From positions 23,250,001 through 23,314,000 of the forward strand of contig OZ024749.1 of assembly GCA_964016885.1 (NCBI GenBank): a stretch of 64,000 nt of DNA, written 5' to 3'. The number at the start of each line of letters is the position of its first letter. Position 1 is the stretch's first letter. The DNA comes from Eledone cirrhosa. Taxonomy: Eukaryota. A model generated the notes under the pieces. The model was not told where the DNA came from. It worked only from the letters and a program-made list of their open reading frames with translations, and did no database searches. The position numbers were made by a program, and so were the translations under genes. Below, piece after piece: positions 43,465-64,000 of this stretch.

Positions 43465-43529
43465 TACTTTATCTGATGAAAGCGCACCAACACTGCCTTG
43501 GTTGCCCTTGAAATATATATAATAACATA
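43465..43529 (+). ncRNA. Minimal type I hammerhead ribozyme
   Basis: TACTTTAT-CTGATGA-AAGCGCACCAA..TTGGTTGCCCTT-GAAA-TATATA-TA-ATAACATA. Palindromic ATATATAT stem III, AUA triplet. Confidence 0.8.
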
Positions 43530-43680
43530 ATTATCGTTTTATAAATATAGTTTCCATTTGTTAATATATTGAATATTTACTCCAGTAATTGTTGAGTGCT
43601 TTATATCAGTTATAAACTTTTAAGCTTGTTGAAATCCCAACAAATTAAATATAACTTCTTGATCGATATATATATATATA

Positions 43681-43894
43681 TCGATCAACTTTCGTTAGAT
43701 CGGACCGAGGAAACAATGTTTTCGTCGGTCTTTCCAGTTGGTAATACTATCTATCGGTCGCAACTCCAGGTAGAAGGAGCAACGTGAAATAAAGTGTCTT
43801 GCTCAAGGACATAACGCATCGCCCGGTCCAGGAATCGAACTCACAATCTCAAGATTGTGATACCAATTCTCTAACCACTCAGCCACACGCCTTC

Positions 43895-43895
<1 letters not shown>
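43681..43895 (-). mobile_element. SINE family A copy within (AT)n
   Basis: Reverse complement of 19641-19858. Confidence 0.9.
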
Positions 43896-59935
<16,040 letters not shown>

Positions 59936-60174
59936 ATCAAAAGTAGGACAAGTACAAAGGGGGGAGTTTACACAAAAAGGCGTCCTCAATAAGGAGGAGG
60001 CAATAACAAAATATAAAAATAAAATAAGATATAACAAAAAATAAAATTTTTAACAAAATCCTCAATAGAGAGGAGGCGCCTTGGGGGGTCGCACACACCC
60101 CCGAAAAAAGTGTGCAACCCTTCTCCTCAGGAGCACAGAGAAGGGGTGCTCCCTTGGTCTTTCATCTTCCTCAC

Positions 60175-63100
60175 CTATAGTCTGATGTAGAGTGAAGGCC
60201 CATTCACACGGGCCATTCTCGCCACTTTCACCCATCTTTCATAGAAACGGCTGGGGTGCAGCACCTCTCTCTCCATCCTGATCCTTCTTCCGAAATGATA
60301 TCGGAAGAAACGGACCAGTTGTTGGCCAGAGAGAAAGGTGCCCGACCTCAGTCCTTTCAGACGCGTCCACCATACAACCTCTTTCGCCATGGCTATTACG
60401 CACAGAAACACCGCCTCTGCTTCATCTTTGAAGGGGGGAGGCGGCTTGATCATTACAATAGACTCGGTGGTCAACCGGATCGGTCCCACCCTTGACAGCA
60501 GTTGTTCGACATAGCCCCACAGATCGGCTATGCCCGAGCAGTGTACTAATGCGTGTGCAACGGTTTCCTCGTCGCACACGCATCTGGGACAGATCTTTTT
60601 GGCGGGGTCCCTACCCGGGCGCCCGTGTCTGTAGAGCCTTTCTCGAACGGGTAAAGCTCCTCGGTAGCACTGCCAGGCCAGGGACTTCTGGAAGTTGTCC
60701 ATAGGTCCCGGGCTGAATGTCCTACCGAACAGGCTGGCCAGTTCGTCCTCCTCCATGTCTAGGGCTTCTCCGAGGGCGTCGTCGCACCTGCTGCGTACCA
60801 GCCCTCTATAGAATGTTGCGGTGGAGTCTCCACTGATAACCGGATCCGCCTGCCAGAGGGCGGTGAGCGCCTGGGCACACTCAGTGTGCCAGGCGCCCAG
60901 TTTTCTCGGTCTCTGCTTGACCCAGGATTGCAGCTCGGTGAGTGAGACGAGTCTGGGAAAGGTTCGTCTCACAAACGAGGCCCACACCGGTTGTCCGGTG
61001 AGGAATACGTAGAGGTGCCGTAGCCTTAATGCGTGTTTACGCATCATTAGCCACGGCATCCCCAGCCCTCCTTTCGAAGGGTGTTGACAGCAGATGGATC
61101 TCCTCACCATAGGAGCCCGCCTCTTCCAAAGGAATTGGAAGAGCGCGCGCTCCATCTTGGTGAGGGTTTCCCTTGGGCAGGGTACTACGGTCAGGCGGTA
61201 GTAGATGACGGACGCTATGTAGGTGTTCGCCACCTCCGCCCGACCTTTCAGGGATAGTTTGCAACTGGCCCACTTCTGGGTCAGTGCAAACACCCTGTTC
61301 GTAACCTCCGCCCAGTTTTTCTCCACCTGGAGGTCCGGTCCGAACCAGACCCCGAGCAACTTCACCGGGCCCTCCGTCCAGCGTCCGACGACGCTATCGG
61401 AGGGCATCGGTCTGCCCCTCCACGTGCCGAGTTGCAAACCGATCGACTTGTCCCGGTTCAGCTTAGCCCCTGTGAACTTTTCGTACTCCTCCAGTAAGGT
61501 GCCGACCGCCTCGATTTCGGAGGCCGTCGACACCATTACTGTCACGTCATCGGCGTAGGCCGACACCGCTTTCCGCAATCCCGGTTCCAAAGGGATGCCC
61601 TGCAACAACTCCAACTTCCGCAGTAGTGGCTCGAGAGTCAACACATACAGAAGGGAGGAGAGAGGGCACCCTTGTCGGATGGACCGCGCGATTTTGAACG
61701 GCTCCGAGAGGTAGCCGTTCACCTTGACCCTAGAGCAGATGCGGCTGCTGTGCATATCAGTGATCCAGCCCCTGAAAACGGGTCCGAAGCCTGCCGCCGC
61801 TAGCACCGCATCCAGGTAACCATGGTCGACCCTATCGAACGCCTTAGATTGATCCAAGTTGATCAGAGCCCCACCAAAGCCGGGTTCGTTCCCAACCCTC
61901 TCTATGATGTATCGCATGAGGTGGAGGTTGTCATGGATGGACCTGGACGGGATAGCGCATGTCTGCGCATCTCCCACCAGGTTGCCCACGACAAGCGCCA
62001 ACCTCTTTGCTAGCACCTTGGCCAAAATCTGTAACTCTGTATTTAGCAGAGTTATGGGCCTGAAGTTACTTATTTCGTCCCCCTTGTTCTCGTCCTTCCT
62101 CACTAGCGTGACTACGCCCTTGGTCACAGTACAGGGAATTCTCCCGTTCTGTTGCCAGTTGCAGTAGACCGCCTCGAGGAGATCGGGGAACAAGTCCGGC
62201 ATAGCTAGATATAATTCGTAAGGAAGACCATCGAGACCCGGGGATTTGCGTTTGCCGCATTGACTCAGCACGTCCTCTATCTCAGCGGCCGAAATCGGCT
62301 CCTCGCAGGACTTCTCCTCCCTGTCCGAGAGGCGCGGCAGGCCGTCGAGGTATGGACCGAAGTCCACGTTCCCAACCGGCTCCCCGCCCCTCCCGAACAG
62401 TCGGGCAAAGTGCCTTTGAAAGGCCTCACACATCTGCTTAGGCTCAAGAATCGCCCGTCCATCCAGGTCTCGCAAAGACCGGATGGTGGATTTAGTTCCA
62501 CTGTTGGCCTCTGTCACGCGGGCCCAGCTAACAGCTTTGGTCCCCTCGTTCCCTAGAGCACGTATTTTACTTCGGACAACGCAGCCTTCGTGCTTCGCGT
62601 CGAAAAACTGGCTCAAAGCCGTTCTCGACGCTAGCACTCTGGCCACGTCGCCGCTTCTAATTGCCTCTTCTACTCTATCTATTAGCTCCCTTTCCTTCCT
62701 ATTCCTATCCGCAGCTAGAACCTTACTAAATTCTATCGAGACTACTCTAATCTCTCTCTTTAGAGATACCCACCACCTGCTGTTGACGATCGCTCCAGTC
62801 AACCGTTCCTTAACTAACGTACTAATCCGATTCCTGTAGGCTCTACTTGCCGGCAAAGACAAGTTGAGCTTCCAGTAACCGGGGCCCTGTCTATGAGTTC
62901 TGTCAAGGTTGACCATGCAGGTCACTAATTTGTGGTCTGAATAGCCAACCATGCGCATTTTTGGACAACTTAAAAAGTCCTTATCCTTAATTCTAACTAA
63001 GAACCTATCTAGGTACGACCTAGATGATCCGCTACGATTTGCCCAAGTCCAGGTTGGCGCAGTCGGAAAATCTAGTCGATATCTATCGGCCAGGTCAAAT

Positions 63101-63612
63101 CGACCGATTAACCCTTTGAGGCTATTACACCCCTCTCTATCGGGGCAGGCCCCTACGTAGTCCCAGCGTGCATCTAGGATACCATTCCAGTCCCCCACTA
63201 ATAGCAAGGAGCGGGACGTCCCTAGAAAAGTCTCCAGACGATGGAAGAAGTCCGGCCGCATTGACCCGAAAGGGCCGTAGGCGGCTACCAACCTAAACGC
63301 TCCGCCTTTACCACTGCCAAGGTCCAGAACCACTAGTCGACCCTCCGGGTCCAAATGTACCATCTGTGTTGCGAGACCCAGATGTTTTTGCAGCAGAACG
63401 ACAACTCCACCCCCACCTCCGGGCTGACAGAGAGATGCGTGCATCTCAAAGTCATCAAAGGTGGGGGCCAGCTGTCGCACGTTGCTGATCCGGGCCTCGC
63501 AAATAACCATCACATCTATACGTTGTGACCTGAGGTCATTTAGAAGCATTGCTTGCTTCCAAGTTGAGCCCAGGCCACGCGCATTTAAACAGCCTACTCT
63601 TAGCATAGCCAT
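60175..63612 (-). CDS. LINE ORF2: APE endonuclease, reverse transcriptase and CCHC Zn knuckle
   Basis: LNARGL, VGDWN, YLDRFL, SDH (APE). KSPGLDGLP, NFRPITLLN, LDQSKAFDRVDH, RQGCPLS, YADDV (RT). CPRC-x-ETVAHALVHC. First ATG at 63612, uninterrupted. Confidence 0.96.
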   Translation of the reverse strand: MAMLRVGCLNARGLGSTWKQAMLLNDLRSQRIDVMVICEARISNVRQLAPTFDDFEMHASLCQPGGGGGVVVLLQKHLGLATQMVHLDPEGRLVVLDLGSGKGGAFRLVAAYGPFGSMRPDFFHRLETFLGTSRSLLLVGDWNGILDARWDYVGACPDREGCNSLKGLIGRFDLADRYRLDFPTAPTWTWANRSGSSRSYLDRFLVRIKDKDFLSCPKMRMVGYSDHKLVTCMVNLDRTHRQGPGYWKLNLSLPASRAYRNRISTLVKERLTGAIVNSRWWVSLKREIRVVSIEFSKVLAADRNRKERELIDRVEEAIRSGDVARVLASRTALSQFFDAKHEGCVVRSKIRALGNEGTKAVSWARVTEANSGTKSTIRSLRDLDGRAILEPKQMCEAFQRHFARLFGRGGEPVGNVDFGPYLDGLPRLSDREEKSCEEPISAAEIEDVLSQCGKRKSPGLDGLPYELYLAMPDLFPDLLEAVYCNWQQNGRIPCTVTKGVVTLVRKDENKGDEISNFRPITLLNTELQILAKVLAKRLALVVGNLVGDAQTCAIPSRSIHDNLHLMRYIIERVGNEPGFGGALINLDQSKAFDRVDHGYLDAVLAAAGFGPVFRGWITDMHSSRICSRVKVNGYLSEPFKIARSIRQGCPLSSLLYVLTLEPLLRKLELLQGIPLEPGLRKAVSAYADDVTVMVSTASEIEAVGTLLEEYEKFTGAKLNRDKSIGLQLGTWRGRPMPSDSVVGRWTEGPVKLLGVWFGPDLQVEKNWAEVTNRVFALTQKWASCKLSLKGRAEVANTYIASVIYYRLTVVPCPRETLTKMERALFQFLWKRRAPMVRRSICCQHPSKGGLGMPWLMMRKHALRLRHLYVFLTGQPVWASFVRRTFPRLVSLTELQSWVKQRPRKLGAWHTECAQALTALWQADPVISGDSTATFYRGLVRSRCDDALGEALDMEEDELASLFGRTFSPGPMDNFQKSLAWQCYRGALPVRERLYRHGRPGRDPAKKICPRCVCDEETVAHALVHCSGIADLWGYVEQLLSRVGPIRLTTESIVMIKPPPPFKDEAEAVFLCVIAMAKEVVWWTRLKGLRSGTFLSGQQLVRFFRYHFGRRIRMEREVLHPSRFYERWVKVARMARVNGPSLYIRL

Positions 63613-63636
63613 GTTGGTGGTGAAGAGAAAAGGCAC

Positions 63637-63843
63637 TTACCTCTCTGCGTCCCGGGTATCGGGCTGCACAATTTCCATTAGGGTGGGGGATGGGTTGTTG
63701 GGTGGGGTGGTGGTTTGTGGAAGTGTGGGGGCATCAGTGTGTTGTGTGGTTGGGGAGCTTGGAGTTGTGAGGGTGTTTGGGGAGGGGGTGGGATAGTTTT
63801 TTAGGAGGACGCGGTTAATGGGCCCGACGCAGGGGGGACCCAC
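63637..63843 (-). CDS. Pro/Thr-rich C-terminal fragment of LINE ORF1 (truncated)
   Basis: Open frame immediately upstream of, and in frame with, ORF2. No recognisable domain in the retained part. Confidence 0.6.
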   Translation of the reverse strand: MGPPCVGPINRVLLKNYPTPSPNTLTTPSSPTTQHTDAPTLPQTTTPPNNPSPTLMEIVQPDTRDAER

Positions 63844-63895
63844 GTCCTCTTTTATAGATAGATAGATAGATAGATATATATATATATATATATAT

Positions 63896-64000
63896 ATAAG
63901 AGGAATTCCAACTTTGTCTGATTTACTCGTTTTATTTTCGATACTTTAAAATTTATAATGGTATTATCATGAAATAGTATGATAGAATATTAAATGTTAA
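63896..64000. mobile_element. Second copy of the terminus of the 34480-34896 palindromic element, cut by the window edge
   Basis: TAAGAGGAATTCCAACTTTGTCTGATTTACTCGTTTTATTT matches 34486 onward and again starts at (AT)n. Confidence 0.92.

Larger units (their letters stand above)
43257..43571. mobile_element. 315-bp palindrome (1-nt centre at 43414) made of opposed PLE-type pseudo-LTR ends
   Basis: Arms are colinear reverse complements with scattered substitutions. Centre CTTGAC-C-GTCAAG. Confidence 0.9.
59936..63855 (-). mobile_element. Tx1/L1-clade non-LTR retrotransposon, 5'-truncated within ORF1, no visible 3' tail
   Basis: ORF1 tail, intact ORF2 and about 240 bp of 3' UTR. 5' end abuts (TAGA)n/(TA)n. 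Confidence 0.93.

Noticed and set aside
60256-63796. Antisense and alternative-frame ORFs overlapping the LINE
   Set aside because: Short shadow ORFs expected opposite a GC-rich coding sequence.

Overview
Repeat-dominated animal genomic DNA with no host gene I can confidently identify. The SINE types and the extreme (AT)n/(CA)n/(CAA)n density suggest an octopus or other coleoid cephalopod (inference). From left to right: (1) 1-19.25 kb is a 38-bp C-rich minisatellite with a variable (CAA)n core and higher-order duplications. (2) 19.3-44.2 kb is a mosaic of microsatellites, two tRNA-headed SINE families (CORE-like and Meta-like), RTE- and REL-LINE remnants, hAT MITEs and many Penelope-like element (PLE) insertions at (AT)n. 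The PLEs include a decayed Neptune-type RT/GIY-YIG copy, a Naiad-type GIY-YIG fragment, and short ORF-less foldback elements. Two of the foldbacks are near-perfect palindromes with a minimal type I hammerhead ribozyme on each strand. (3) 44.2-59.9 kb is an almost invariant 615-bp tandem array of about 25.6 copies. It starts at a (TA)n tract and is fused directly to (4) the tail-less 3' UTR of a 5'-truncated Tx1/L1-clade LINE with an intact ORF2. The most notable signals are the series of hammerhead-bearing foldback elements and the (TA)n-array-LINE composite. All RNA structures and alignments were read by eye, not computed. Almost all short ORFs in the supplied track are microsatellite artefacts.
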